Shown: positions 1-9,597 of the stretch, one piece after another
Layout of the letters: every line of letters begins with the position of its first letter
Numbering within the stretch: position 1 is the stretch's first letter
DNA from: Chloroflexota bacterium
Lineage (GTDB): Bacteria > Chloroflexota > UBA11872 > VXOZ01
Reading direction: 5' to 3'
Length of the DNA stretch: 64,000 nt
NCBI GenBank assembly: GCA_964291655.2
Contig: OZ219802.1
Location: 1,568,001-1,632,000, forward strand
Notes under the pieces: generated by a model
Database searches by the model: none
What the model saw: the letters and a program-made list of their open reading frames with translations, nothing else
Told to the model about the DNA's origin: nothing
Position numbers and translations under genes: made by a program

Positions 1-290
1 GCGTATTCACCCCTTTGGATGGAACGGGGCAGCGGGAAACGCGATGTTGAAGGCGAAGTAACGTAGGCATGGGTTGTGCCAAGAAGCGGGGGGAAAACCC
101 CCGCGCTACGGTTGAGGCTAAGCTTCCGGGGACAGTTCCCCCTTTGAGCGTATTCACCCCTTTGGATGGAACAGGGCAGCGGGAAACGCCATGTTGAAGG
201 CCAAGTAACGTAGGCATTGGTTGTGCCAAGGAGGGGGCAAGCCCCCGTGCTATGGTTGAGGCTAAGCTACCGGGGACAGTTCCCGCTACG
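1..290. repeat. Tandem repeat, 147-bp period, two near-identical copies (may continue left of the window); each unit contains one family-B palindrome
   Basis: GCGTATTCACCCCTTTGGATGGAAC starts at 1 and again at 148; the units align over ~140 bp. Confidence 0.9.
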
Positions 291-321
291 TCTTCTCCTG
301 GGTCTTGAAAGAGTGTGCGCG

Positions 322-1344
322 TTGAAGAACAGCATCTATGACGTACAGCGGTTGCGGGCCAGGCACGCGCACGTTGCCGCAATTGCCGACGCTCCAGCGC
401 CTGAAGCGCGCATAGTAGCGCCGCCAACGCCCGTAGTTGGGACGCCCACGGCAACAGACGTCTCGCTCCCGCAAGGGAAACCGAGCAGCAATGTGGCAGT
501 GATTGCCGGGTCATTCAACCCGATAACTCTCGCCCATCTTAGTCTTAGCGGCGGCGCGTTGCAGCAGCCGGACGTAGGCGCAGTCTGGCTGTCGCTGGCA
601 GTCCACACGGTTGATAAGGAGCATATCACCGGCGCGTTTCTGGAGGACCGCCTCTGCATGCTCGAAACTATCGCAGAGTCGCAGCAGAGCGTGGGCGTGG
701 TGCTCTGCAACCGGGGTCTGTACGTTGAGCAGGCGGAAGCGTTGCGCTCGACAGTCGTCGCGCCTGATCAGGAACTCGTATTCGTCGTAGGTTACGACAA
801 AATCCAACAGATACTCGATCCGCGCTACTACGAGGATCGGGAGGCCAGCCTCGATAGGCTCTTCTCTCTCGCACGCTTTTTGGTTGCGGAACGAGGCGCG
901 TACGGCGCCCAGGCGCTAGCTGCCTTGCTGAGTGAGAAGACGAATCTGGCGTACTCCGGGCGAATCGCGCCACTGACGACGCTGCCCCTGCGCCATGATC
1001 CCGCGCTCTCTTCAACCGCCGTGCGCACGGCTTACGCCGAGGGTGGCGGCAGCCCCGCGGAAGCGTACGCCGTGCCGGAAACCGTGCAGGCCTTCATCGC
1101 GGCAACGGGAGTCTACGCGTCGCCGATGGTGCTGCCCAACGGCGAGACAATTGACCGCTACGGGGTGCGGATGCGCATACGCGATGCGCTGCTGGCTGAA
1201 CCGGAAAGCGATTTCTCCGCGGCCGAGTTCCGCACTGCCGTCGCGCTGGCGACGACTGATTCCGATTCCGGTAGCACGTTGCGCCGGCTGCTCGCAGAGG
1301 ACTGTAAATCTCTGCGGGCAATTCGCAAGCACATCACAGTCTAA
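322..1344 (+). CDS. Nucleotidyltransferase (cytidylyltransferase superfamily), putative NMN/NaMN adenylyltransferase, Pof1-like
   Basis: GSFNPITLAH (HIGH-like) motif, VGYDKIQQILDPRYY, SSTAVR; start moved to TTG 322 because the upstream ORF part lies in the repeat. Confidence 0.75.
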   Translation: MKNSIYDVQRLRARHAHVAAIADAPAPEARIVAPPTPVVGTPTATDVSLPQGKPSSNVAVIAGSFNPITLAHLSLSGGALQQPDVGAVWLSLAVHTVDKEHITGAFLEDRLCMLETIAESQQSVGVVLCNRGLYVEQAEALRSTVVAPDQELVFVVGYDKIQQILDPRYYEDREASLDRLFSLARFLVAERGAYGAQALAALLSEKTNLAYSGRIAPLTTLPLRHDPALSSTAVRTAYAEGGGSPAEAYAVPETVQAFIAATGVYASPMVLPNGETIDRYGVRMRIRDALLAEPESDFSAAEFRTAVALATTDSDSGSTLRRLLAEDCKSLRAIRKHITV

Positions 1345-1532
1345 GCATCGCAGTGACCGGACAAGAACCTGCGTGCGGCAGCCTTGGGACTTCGGTTGGT
1401 TGACTCTCAGTGCTGGGGACCGGTCTTTCCCATCTCGATTGAGCGCGGCCATGGAGTCAAAACGCCCCGCAGCACAATGGCTCGGGACGTATTCAATGTG
1501 GTTCCCTGTTTCGAGACGTCGCGCAGCGGCGC

Positions 1533-2066
1533 TCAATCCTTCTTTGGCTTTTCCAGGTCGTCTACGTCGAGAGAATTGATGAACTCGCGGAAGAGGCCAA
1601 GCCGTTCCTCAAGTTCCGGATCCGGCGTGCTTTCCTCCACGGACTCGCCCTCGCCCTGTTCTTCCTTGGCTGGTGTAAAGCTGGCTGCGTCCAGCACGCT
1701 CTCCGCAACGAGTATAGGCGCGTCAACGCGAACCGCCAGGGCGATGGCGTCACTGGGCCGCGCGTCGATTTCGACGTGCCGCCCGTTGTGGTCGAGCACG
1801 ATGCGCGCGAAGTACGTGCGGTCTGCCAGATCGTTAATGAGGATACTCACAACGGTAGCGCCGAGTGTCTCGATAACGCTGCTGAGGAGATCGTGCGTCA
1901 AAGGTCGCGAGAAGGAATGCTTGTGCAGCTTGATGGCAATCGAATCGGCCTCGGCAATGCCGATCACGATCACGAGATAGCGCTCTTGGTCTTTCTCGCG
2001 CAGCACAACCATCCGGGTCGGATTAGCCGGATTTCTGCCTACGCTTTCTATCACCATTTCCACCAT
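1533..2066 (-). CDS. Bifunctional nuclease family protein (DUF151)
   Basis: RPLTHDL and IDARPSDAIALA motifs. Confidence 0.9.
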   Translation of the reverse strand: MVEMVIESVGRNPANPTRMVVLREKDQERYLVIVIGIAEADSIAIKLHKHSFSRPLTHDLLSSVIETLGATVVSILINDLADRTYFARIVLDHNGRHVEIDARPSDAIALAVRVDAPILVAESVLDAASFTPAKEEQGEGESVEESTPDPELEERLGLFREFINSLDVDDLEKPKKD

Positions 2067-2170
2067 CGTATTGCCACCTGCGCAGCGACGTATCTGCGTT
2101 TCAACCTTTGTCCACGGCCCAAAGCGATCCCACTTAGCCCAAGCTCGCGGGTGCCCTCAGTACCTTAAGT

Positions 2171-3397
2171 TTACTCTTCCGGCTGGTCTAGCTCAAATGC
2201 GTGATGTAGGGCTTGGGCCGCCCGTTGGGCGTCATCTTCGTGCACCAGGCACGTGATTCTGATCTCGCTCGTTGTAATGCTCTCGATATTGATGGACGGC
2301 TCCGCCAGCGCGCCGAACATGCGGGCCGCCACGCCGGGGGTGCTCTGTATGCCGGTGCCGACAATTGAGACTTTTGCCAAGTTGGCAAAGTACAGCACGT
2401 CCGCTGCGCCAAGCGTCTGGGAAGCGCCTTCCACGAGCTCAAGCGTCTTGGCGAGGTCGTCCCGTGACACGGTGAACGAAATGTCGGTAATACCGTCGTG
2501 GCTGATGTTTTGGACGATCACGTCAATATTGATGCTGTCATCCGCAAGTGGCTGGAAGAGCCCATGGGCAATGCCGGGACGGTCAGGGATGCCAAGCACA
2601 GAGATCTTTGCGACATCGGTATCGACGGCAATGCCGCGAATGCGTTGGGCGTCTTTCTCCATATCCTCACCTCGGGTGATCACTGTACCAGAATTGTCAT
2701 TGAACGATGAGCGCACGACGATGGGCATGTCAAAGAGCTCCGCGAGCTCAACCGCCCTGGCGTGCATTACCCGCGCGCCGAGCTTGGCCAACTCCAGCAT
2801 CTCCTCGTGGGCAATGCGGTCGAGCTTGCGGGCGGTCGGGATTACGCGCGGATCAGCGGTGTAGATACCGTCGACATCCGTGTAGATTTCGCAGGCGGCC
2901 GCCTTTACGGCGATGGCGATGGCGACTGCGGTCGTGTCCGAACCACCGCGTCCCAGCGTGGTCACGTCCAAGTCGTGCGTTACCCCCTGAAAACCGGCAA
3001 CGATGACGATGCGGCCGGCCTCGAGTTCTTGCTCCATCCGCGAAGGATCGATGTCTACGATCCGAGCGCGGGAGTAGAAGGAGTCCGTGCGTATGCCTGC
3101 TTGCTGGCCGGTGAGCGCCACGGCATCGTAGCCCACGTCGCGGAGGCACATCGATAGCAGGGTGGAGGAGACGATCTCGCCGGTAGAAAGGAGCAAGTCC
3201 AAGTCGCGGCCCCCGGGGGAGCTGGACACTTGATGGGCGAGAGCAATCAGCTCATCGGTCGTGTCGCCCATGGCAGAAACGACGACGACAACGTCGTTAC
3301 CGGCATCGCGCGCGGCGGCCAACCGCGCGGCTACGGACTTGATGCGCTCCGCACTCTCTACTGAACTGCCGCCGTACTTTTGGACCACTCGCGCCAT
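2171..3397 (-). CDS. lysC: Aspartate kinase
   Basis: VQKYGGSSV, TTLGRGGSDTTA, DVDGIYTADPR, two C-terminal ACT domains. Confidence 0.95.
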   Translation of the reverse strand: MARVVQKYGGSSVESAERIKSVAARLAAARDAGNDVVVVVSAMGDTTDELIALAHQVSSSPGGRDLDLLLSTGEIVSSTLLSMCLRDVGYDAVALTGQQAGIRTDSFYSRARIVDIDPSRMEQELEAGRIVIVAGFQGVTHDLDVTTLGRGGSDTTAVAIAIAVKAAACEIYTDVDGIYTADPRVIPTARKLDRIAHEEMLELAKLGARVMHARAVELAELFDMPIVVRSSFNDNSGTVITRGEDMEKDAQRIRGIAVDTDVAKISVLGIPDRPGIAHGLFQPLADDSINIDVIVQNISHDGITDISFTVSRDDLAKTLELVEGASQTLGAADVLYFANLAKVSIVGTGIQSTPGVAARMFGALAEPSINIESITTSEIRITCLVHEDDAQRAAQALHHAFELDQPEE

Positions 3398-3476
3398 GCG
3401 CGCGTCCCCTCCTCAAGAGGCTATGCGCTCTCCAACGACTTCCACGGCTTCTGTGCACAATCCTGCTCAGAAGTAG

Positions 3477-3500
3477 CAAAACACGCAACGAATTGCGTGT
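3477..3500 (-). terminator. Hairpin with short U-tract in the lysC leader, possible attenuator
   Basis: Minus strand ACACGCAA-TTCG-TTGCGTGT followed by TTTG, between the promoter and the lysC start. Confidence 0.35.
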
Positions 3501-3580
3501 GTCTTACATACTCCCGGAAGGTCAGCACCACAAAATAACACGCGGGCTATGCCTAGCGGAGAGCGGGAACTTTCTGCTAC

Positions 3581-3589
3581 ATTATAGCA
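3581..3589 (-). promoter_or_regulatory. Extended -10 promoter element for lysC
   Basis: TGCTATAAT on the minus strand ~185 bp upstream of lysC. Confidence 0.6.
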
Positions 3590-3650
3590 TGCATTCGGCG
3601 CGGAAACCGCTTGAGCATTGGGCTGTGACGCCCCTGTGAGGCCTGACGAA

Positions 3651-4616
3651 ATGTCGTACACAATCGTGTTGGCCGATCCCATTCACGAGCAAGGGATCGC
3701 GATCCTCGAGCAGATCGCAACGGTTCGCCAAGCTGGCCAGGACGGCGGCGTGCCCCTGGCAGACCAATTGCGTGAAGTCCACGCAGTCGTGACGCGCCTT
3801 ACGAAAGTAACGCCCGAACTCATCGATGCAGCCCCATCCTTGCGGGCAATCTCCCGGCACGGCGTGGGCGTCGATAGCGTGGATGTGGCATACGCCACGG
3901 CGCGCGGCATCCCGGTGCTCTATACTCCCGCCGCAAATGCGGAATCTGTCGCGGAACATACGCTGGGGATGATGCTGGCCGTGAGCAAGATGATCCTGCT
4001 TGGCGACCGCGCGCAGCGCAACGGCGATTTCCAGTCGCGCACGCGGCTAATTGGCTTTGAACTCTACGGCAAGACGCTAGGTGTTGTGGGCGCGGGCCGA
4101 ATCGGCAGCCGGGTCGCACGCATGTGCCGCGCTGCGCTCGACATGCACGTCATCGCCTACGATCCCATTCTTTCACCGGATGACGCCCGCCTGCTCGGTG
4201 TTGAACTAGTTTCGGACCTTTCGGTTCTGCTGCAGGAGGCCGACTATGTCTCGCTGCACGCGCCGCTGACGCCGGAGACACACGGTCTTATCGGCCCGCG
4301 CGAGCTTAACCTGATGAAGCCGACGGCGATCCTTGTCAATTGCGCGCGCGGCGGCATCGTGGATGAGCAGGCACTGGCGACGGCGCTGCTGGAAGGCCAA
4401 ATTGCCGGCGCCGCGGTGGACGTCTGGCAACAGGAACCGCCGCCGCAAGACCATCCCCTGTTTGCCTTGGAGAACGTGATCGTCAGCCCGCACATGGCCG
4501 CTCACACGGAAGAGGCGATGATTCGCATGGCGACGACGCTCGCGCTGGATGTCACCCGTGTCTTGCAGGGCGAACGGCCGCACTTCTGCGTCAACCCTGA
4601 AGTGTTCTCAGAGTAA
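3651..4616 (+). CDS. D-isomer specific 2-hydroxyacid dehydrogenase (phosphoglycerate dehydrogenase-like, no ACT domain)
   Basis: GVVGAGRIG, NCARGGIVDE, SPHMAAHT motifs. Confidence 0.9.
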   Translation: MSYTIVLADPIHEQGIAILEQIATVRQAGQDGGVPLADQLREVHAVVTRLTKVTPELIDAAPSLRAISRHGVGVDSVDVAYATARGIPVLYTPAANAESVAEHTLGMMLAVSKMILLGDRAQRNGDFQSRTRLIGFELYGKTLGVVGAGRIGSRVARMCRAALDMHVIAYDPILSPDDARLLGVELVSDLSVLLQEADYVSLHAPLTPETHGLIGPRELNLMKPTAILVNCARGGIVDEQALATALLEGQIAGAAVDVWQQEPPPQDHPLFALENVIVSPHMAAHTEEAMIRMATTLALDVTRVLQGERPHFCVNPEVFSE

Positions 4617-4647
4617 GTATCTCGCAGCGACAAAGGAGCGGACGCTA

Positions 4648-5478
4648 GTGGCAGTAATCGAACAATTCGTTGGCACACTGTCGCGACTGCGCGATCTAAA
4701 GGGCGAGGCCGTGGTGATCAAGATTGGGGGCAACGTGCTGCCCCACCGGGAGGCGTTCTGCGACGACGTCGAGGCGTTGTGGCAAGCCGGCCTGTTTACC
4801 GTCGTCGTGCACGGCGGCGGCAAAGCGGTAACCGAAATGGAAAAGACTCTCGGTCGGGAAGCGTCTTTTGTTGAAGGGCTGCGAGTTACGGATGCCGACG
4901 CCCTGGAACTGGTACAGATGGTTCTCGCCGGTAAGGTGAACAGCGATCTGGTGGCAATGCTTCAAGGCCGCGGCATTGACGCCATCGGCCTGACCGGCGC
5001 CGACGGTCAACTGCTCTTGGCAAACCCGCGCCAGAATCCGGCGGGGCTCGGTTACGTCGGCGATGTGAAGAAGGTGAACGTGGATGTATTTGTCGTCGTG
5101 GCCGAAGCACAAATGGTGCCGGTTATCGCGCCGCTCGGCGTCACGGAAGAAGGGCAGCTTCTCAACATCAACGCCGATACCGTCGCAGGCGACATTGCCA
5201 AAGCCCTTTCAGCACAACACTTCCTCCTGCTCACCGACGTGCCCGGTGTACAGGACAAGAACGGCGACGTGCTGCCCTCTCTTTCAGGGGCAAGCGCGCG
5301 TCAACTCATCCGCAACGGCACAATCAGCGGAGGCATGATCCCCAAAGTCACCGCTTGCCTGGATGCTTTGGAAGGGGTGCCGTCCGCCCATATCGTCGAC
5401 GGCCGCGAACCGCACGCCGTGCTGCGTCAACTCCTCACCGACGACCGCGTCGGCACCCAATTCCACGCCAAGGCTTGA
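4648..5478 (+). CDS. argB: Acetylglutamate kinase
   Basis: VIKIGG, VHGGGK, GLRVTD, NINADT, GGMIPKV; GTG start after AGGAG. Confidence 0.93.
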   Translation: MAVIEQFVGTLSRLRDLKGEAVVIKIGGNVLPHREAFCDDVEALWQAGLFTVVVHGGGKAVTEMEKTLGREASFVEGLRVTDADALELVQMVLAGKVNSDLVAMLQGRGIDAIGLTGADGQLLLANPRQNPAGLGYVGDVKKVNVDVFVVVAEAQMVPVIAPLGVTEEGQLLNINADTVAGDIAKALSAQHFLLLTDVPGVQDKNGDVLPSLSGASARQLIRNGTISGGMIPKVTACLDALEGVPSAHIVDGREPHAVLRQLLTDDRVGTQFHAKA

Positions 5479-5684
5479 GTTCATGGGACGAATTCTGTCC
5501 GTCACGGACTGACGTAGTTCTCACGGGCAAAGCGCCGCCAAGTTCGACGCAAGGCCGGCCGCTTCCATCCGGTATTTGCCGGCGCTCACCGTTCCCTCTT
5601 GCCGAGGATACGACCGCATCGAGAGATACGGGACATGCGCAGACTCCCAATCCGTCGCCTAGCTGCAGCCACTGGCGCTAAGAT

Positions 5685-5931
5685 TACTCCCTCTCCCTGG
5701 GAGGCCGTCTAATATATGCATCGCTCCGTGTAGACTTGCCCTTCGACCCTTCGACAGGCTCCTGGGGGACCTTTGCGTAACTCCGTCATTCCGGCGAAAG
5801 CCGGAATCCAGTGCGCCTTTACAACTAAAGATAGCATGATGTCAAGTCACTTCACCCCCATCCCAACCTTCCCCCTCATAGGTGAAGGGTTATGCAAAGA
5901 TCTCCTGGGGGAGAGGGCCGGGGTGAGGGGC
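5685..5931. mobile_element. Nested REP/MITE cluster: family-A palindrome split by a truncated GAGGCTGTCTC-type MITE and a GAGACC-type MITE (~5766-5904) carrying a family-C palindrome
   Basis: GGACCTTTGCGTAACTC...GGGTTATGCAAAGATCTC inverted ends flanked by CTGG(G) on both sides; CCCTCTCC at the left and GGAGAGGGCCGGGGTGAGGGG at the right. Confidence 0.7.
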
Positions 5932-5942
5932 ATCCGTGCCTA

Positions 5943-6884
5943 TCAGCCGAGTACCGGATTGCGCAAGGTTCCAAGTCGTTCGATTGTAGCCTCGATTGAG
6001 TCGCCGTCCACGAGCGAAGCGCCGGCTGCGGCACCCACTCCTGCCGGCGTGCCGGTGGAGATTACGTCACCGGGCTCAAGCGTGACGATGCGCGTAATGT
6101 ACTCGATCAATTCAAAGCAGTTGAAGATCATCTGTCCGGTGTTGCCCCGCTGCCGCTCGATGCCATTGACGCTCAGCGACATGGCGAGATTGTGGGGATC
6201 GGGAATCTCATCCGCCGTCGCGATGAACGGTCCCATGGGTCCATGGGTGTCGAACCACTTGCCGTTGAGCCAGTCGAAGAAGTCGTCCATCTCGCGTTCT
6301 TCCCGCTCCCACGGCAGGTTCATATCCCGCGACGAGATGTCATTGAAAATCGTATAGCCGGCAATGTGGCTCGGCGCATCGGCGGCGGAAATATCGCGGC
6401 CCGCTTTGCCGATCACGGCGGCAAGCTCCAACTCCCAGTCCACGCTGGCCGACATCTCCCACAGCCGCACCGGCTGATCCTGACCCACGAGCACGGTGTT
6501 GGGCTTCCAGAAGTAGCGAGGCGTCTGCTGCGACTTTTCCGGCGGTTCGTCACCGCCCTCGCGAATGTGGTCGGCGAAGTTGCCGGCCAGGCAAATTATC
6601 TTTCCCGGGTTCGAGATAGGCGGCAGCAGGCTTACCTCTGACGCAGCGTGGGCGAACGGCGCGTCGCCGCCTTGCTCCTGCGCAAAGCCGAGAACTCTCC
6701 GCGCCTGCGCCAAGCCGACGTCGCCCAGATCGAGCAATGCTCTTACGTCATTGGGCAGCTTGGCGCCAACCGCGCCGGCCTGTGCCGTAAAGGCGTCAGC
6801 GGCGTCCTGCAGATCGTAAACGTGGTCGCCATCCAACAGACCCGCCCGCGGGCCGCTATCGTTCGCGTAGGTGACGAGTTTCAT
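5943..6884 (-). CDS. Fumarylacetoacetate hydrolase family protein
   Basis: DWELELAAVIG, GYTIFNDISSRD, GKWFDTHGPMGP, TGTPAGVG. Confidence 0.93.
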   Translation of the reverse strand: MKLVTYANDSGPRAGLLDGDHVYDLQDAADAFTAQAGAVGAKLPNDVRALLDLGDVGLAQARRVLGFAQEQGGDAPFAHAASEVSLLPPISNPGKIICLAGNFADHIREGGDEPPEKSQQTPRYFWKPNTVLVGQDQPVRLWEMSASVDWELELAAVIGKAGRDISAADAPSHIAGYTIFNDISSRDMNLPWEREEREMDDFFDWLNGKWFDTHGPMGPFIATADEIPDPHNLAMSLSVNGIERQRGNTGQMIFNCFELIEYITRIVTLEPGDVISTGTPAGVGAAAGASLVDGDSIEATIERLGTLRNPVLG

Positions 6885-6950
6885 GCGTTTCTCCTTATGT
6901 ACAGACTCAACTTCATTCCCGTGTGAGCCCTGCTGTTAGCATTTCCACTG

Positions 6951-7118
6951 GAGACCTGTGCGCAATTCTGACGGACCCGAGGAACAGGGTATGAGTGGTG
7001 AAGATTTCCCCTCACCGCGGCCCTCTCCCCAGGGAGAGGGGGTCTTTTCGCCTGCCGGCATGGGTTGCGTATCGGACTGCAAATCCGCGCATACCCCATA
7101 CCTCGATTCGAGGGTCTC
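6951..7118. mobile_element. GAGACC-type MITE (degenerate) containing a family-A palindrome at 7008-7040
   Basis: Ends GAGACC...GGTCTC; flanks CACTG/CATTG (5-bp near-duplication). Confidence 0.55.
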
Positions 7119-7313
7119 CATTGGCAGAAATGGCAGGGCCATGTCTCATCCTACCCTATACCATACAGAGACAGCCCGCGCGGTGCACCGAACGGCGGTC
7201 TCGAGTCCTACGAGACGTACGGGATACGCTCTTGCTTTGTGCCTAACTCACCCGCCCAGTATACTGACAACCAAGTTAATAGGCGGGATAAATGAGGGTG
7301 AGGTGATGAGATA

Positions 7314-8294
7314 GTGACACCAATTCGCTGTGCTGTGCTCGGCACGGGGCATTCGCATGCACTGGGCAAGCTGAATGTGCTGCGCAACTTTCCTGAATGG
7401 GAACTCGTGGGCGTCTGCGAACCCGATGCCGCTTGGCGTCACCAGCGGCAGCAGGAGGCCGCCTGGCAGGGCCTGCAGTGGCTGGACCAGGCAGAAGTCT
7501 ACGACGATCCCACCATTCAGATGATCTGCGTCGAGAGCGAGGTGCCGCAGTTGCTGCCGCTCGGCAAAAAGTCAATTGATGCCGGTAAGCACATCCACCT
7601 CGACAAGCCCGCCGGCACGGACCTCTCAGAGTGGAAAGCGATCCTCGACAAAGCCGAGCGGCAAGACCGCATCATTCAGATGGGCTACATGTTCCGCTAC
7701 AATCCCGGTTTCGACCTGGTGCGGCAGGCGGTGCGCGAGGGCTGGCTGGGCGACGTGCACTATGTGCGCGGCGGCATCAACTCCGCGAGCGATCCCACCA
7801 CCCGGGAGCGGCTGTCACACTATCCCGGCGGGATCATGCTCGAACTCGGCTGCCACCTGCTCGACATGATTACGCTCATCATGGGCCGGCCGGAGAAGGT
7901 CACGCCGATTTTGCGCCGGGACGGGCAGTTTGACGTAACCATGCAAGACAACACCCTCGCCGTGCTTGAATACGGTCAGGCAGTGGGCATCATCGAGAGC
8001 TCGCTGCTCGAGCAGGGCTCGCAGGACCGGCGGCACTTCGCCGTGTGCGGCAGTGAGGGCAGCATCGTGCTGACGCCATTGGAGCCGCCGGCGGGCCGCC
8101 TCTTCCTCAACGAGCCGCGCGGCGGGTACGAGGCCGGCTGGCAGGACGTGCCCTTTGATAATATCCCCCGTTATGAGCGCGATCTCGTGGAGTTGGCCGC
8201 GTGCATCCGGGGTGAGATGGAATTCCCTTACTCGAAAGAGCACGACTTCATCACGCAGGAGACGGTCCTGCGCGCGTGCGGGGCGGCGGAGTGA
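7314..8294 (+). CDS. Gfo/Idh/MocA family oxidoreductase
   Basis: N-terminal Rossmann fold, HIHLDKP, GGIMLELGCH. Confidence 0.9.
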   Translation: MTPIRCAVLGTGHSHALGKLNVLRNFPEWELVGVCEPDAAWRHQRQQEAAWQGLQWLDQAEVYDDPTIQMICVESEVPQLLPLGKKSIDAGKHIHLDKPAGTDLSEWKAILDKAERQDRIIQMGYMFRYNPGFDLVRQAVREGWLGDVHYVRGGINSASDPTTRERLSHYPGGIMLELGCHLLDMITLIMGRPEKVTPILRRDGQFDVTMQDNTLAVLEYGQAVGIIESSLLEQGSQDRRHFAVCGSEGSIVLTPLEPPAGRLFLNEPRGGYEAGWQDVPFDNIPRYERDLVELAACIRGEMEFPYSKEHDFITQETVLRACGAAE

Positions 8295-8383
8295 AGAGCG
8301 GAGTAGAGTTGCTCTCTTGACGGCCAAAGCCAATCTGACCGAAACGCCACAAGCTACAGGTTGCACGAAGCCTGTGCCGAATC

Positions 8384-8438
8384 CCGTTCATACTTCGACC
8401 CTTCGACAGGCTCAGGACAGGCAGGCTCAGCACGAACT
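8384..8438. repeat. Family-D palindrome with a second copy nested inside
   Basis: ACTTCGAC-CCTTCGACAGGCTCAGGACAGG-CAGGCTCAGCACGAAC. Confidence 0.75.
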
Positions 8439-8491
8439 GGATTCTACATGCCTTCGAAATTCGTCTCATCCGCCCATAGAAGGAGTTTCCT

Positions 8492-9535
8492 GTGAACGAC
8501 GCCCCGGACATTCACGTAGAAATCACGCCCTGGAAGTTCGACGCTCAGTTCGTCTATTCCATGACCTACGACGAAGGCACCATCGATGCCATCTGCAACT
8601 CGTTTCCCATCCATGAAGAGCACGACATTCCGGGGCACGTCTGCACCGTGAGCGGGCACCTGGGCCAGCAACGCTTAGAACGCGGCACCTCGATGCGCGA
8701 GGTCTTCTATATGAACCCGGAACAGTTGCGTTTCCTCATAAACAAGGGCTGGACGATCAGCAGCCACTCCCACACCCACGTGCCCACCGACCAGGACGGC
8801 ATCGACCTCGATCTGGAAGTGCGCCTGAGCAAGTGGGAACTTGAGAAGGCGACCGGCGCACCCGTGCGGCTCTTTGCCTACTGGGGCAACCTGCGCATCG
8901 CCGACAAGATCCTGCCTGTGGCGCAGGCAGCGGGCTACCAGGGCATGCTCAGCATCGGCTACCCGTGGAATACATCCGAGTACGATGTATGGGACATCAT
9001 GCGCGCCACCATCGGACGCGATCTGGAAGGGTGGCTCCAAGAGCCGTCGGCCTCGCTCTACCGCCACACGCGCGACGCCTTCCCGGGCGAGCTCAGGAAG
9101 GAAGCGACGCGCGGCCACTGGCTCGTGGACATTAGCCACATCGTGGTAGACCGCTTGCCCGCAGCCAACGGCCCCGGCCTCTGGAACCGCTGCATGACAC
9201 CGGCAATCCTGGATGCCCGCTTGCGTGAGGTACGGGAGCTCTGGGGCAACGAACTCTGGGCCACGGTGCCGGAAGACGTCGTGGAGTATACGCTTCTGCG
9301 CCGGGCTTCATCGGTAGCGATAACGGCTAATGGCTCCGACCGCGCCACCTGCACCGTCAGCCTGAACGGCCTTCGTGACGACGTCACCGCCCGCGAATTG
9401 ACGTTCAGCGCCCAAACCCCATGGCGCAATGCCACCGTCAACGGCGGCGCAGTTGGGTCGCAGATGAAAGACGGCACGCTGACCTGGACCGCAGGGGTCG
9501 CGGATGGCACGGAGTTTGTGCTCAGCGCGAGCTAG
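8492..9535 (+). CDS. Polysaccharide deacetylase (NodB/CE4-like) family protein
   Basis: MTYDEG (TFDDG-like) and SHSHTH metal-binding motifs. Confidence 0.7.
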   Translation: MNDAPDIHVEITPWKFDAQFVYSMTYDEGTIDAICNSFPIHEEHDIPGHVCTVSGHLGQQRLERGTSMREVFYMNPEQLRFLINKGWTISSHSHTHVPTDQDGIDLDLEVRLSKWELEKATGAPVRLFAYWGNLRIADKILPVAQAAGYQGMLSIGYPWNTSEYDVWDIMRATIGRDLEGWLQEPSASLYRHTRDAFPGELRKEATRGHWLVDISHIVVDRLPAANGPGLWNRCMTPAILDARLREVRELWGNELWATVPEDVVEYTLLRRASSVAITANGSDRATCTVSLNGLRDDVTARELTFSAQTPWRNATVNGGAVGSQMKDGTLTWTAGVADGTEFVLSAS

Positions 9536-9597
9536 ACTATGCCTGATTGCATGAGCAGCCGCCAATCTCTCCAATAGTCAAGGTTTGCGATTTTTTT

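Noticed and set aside
217-321. N-terminal extension of the first ORF
   Set aside because: Mostly inside the 147-bp repeat; the TTG at 322 is a more plausible start
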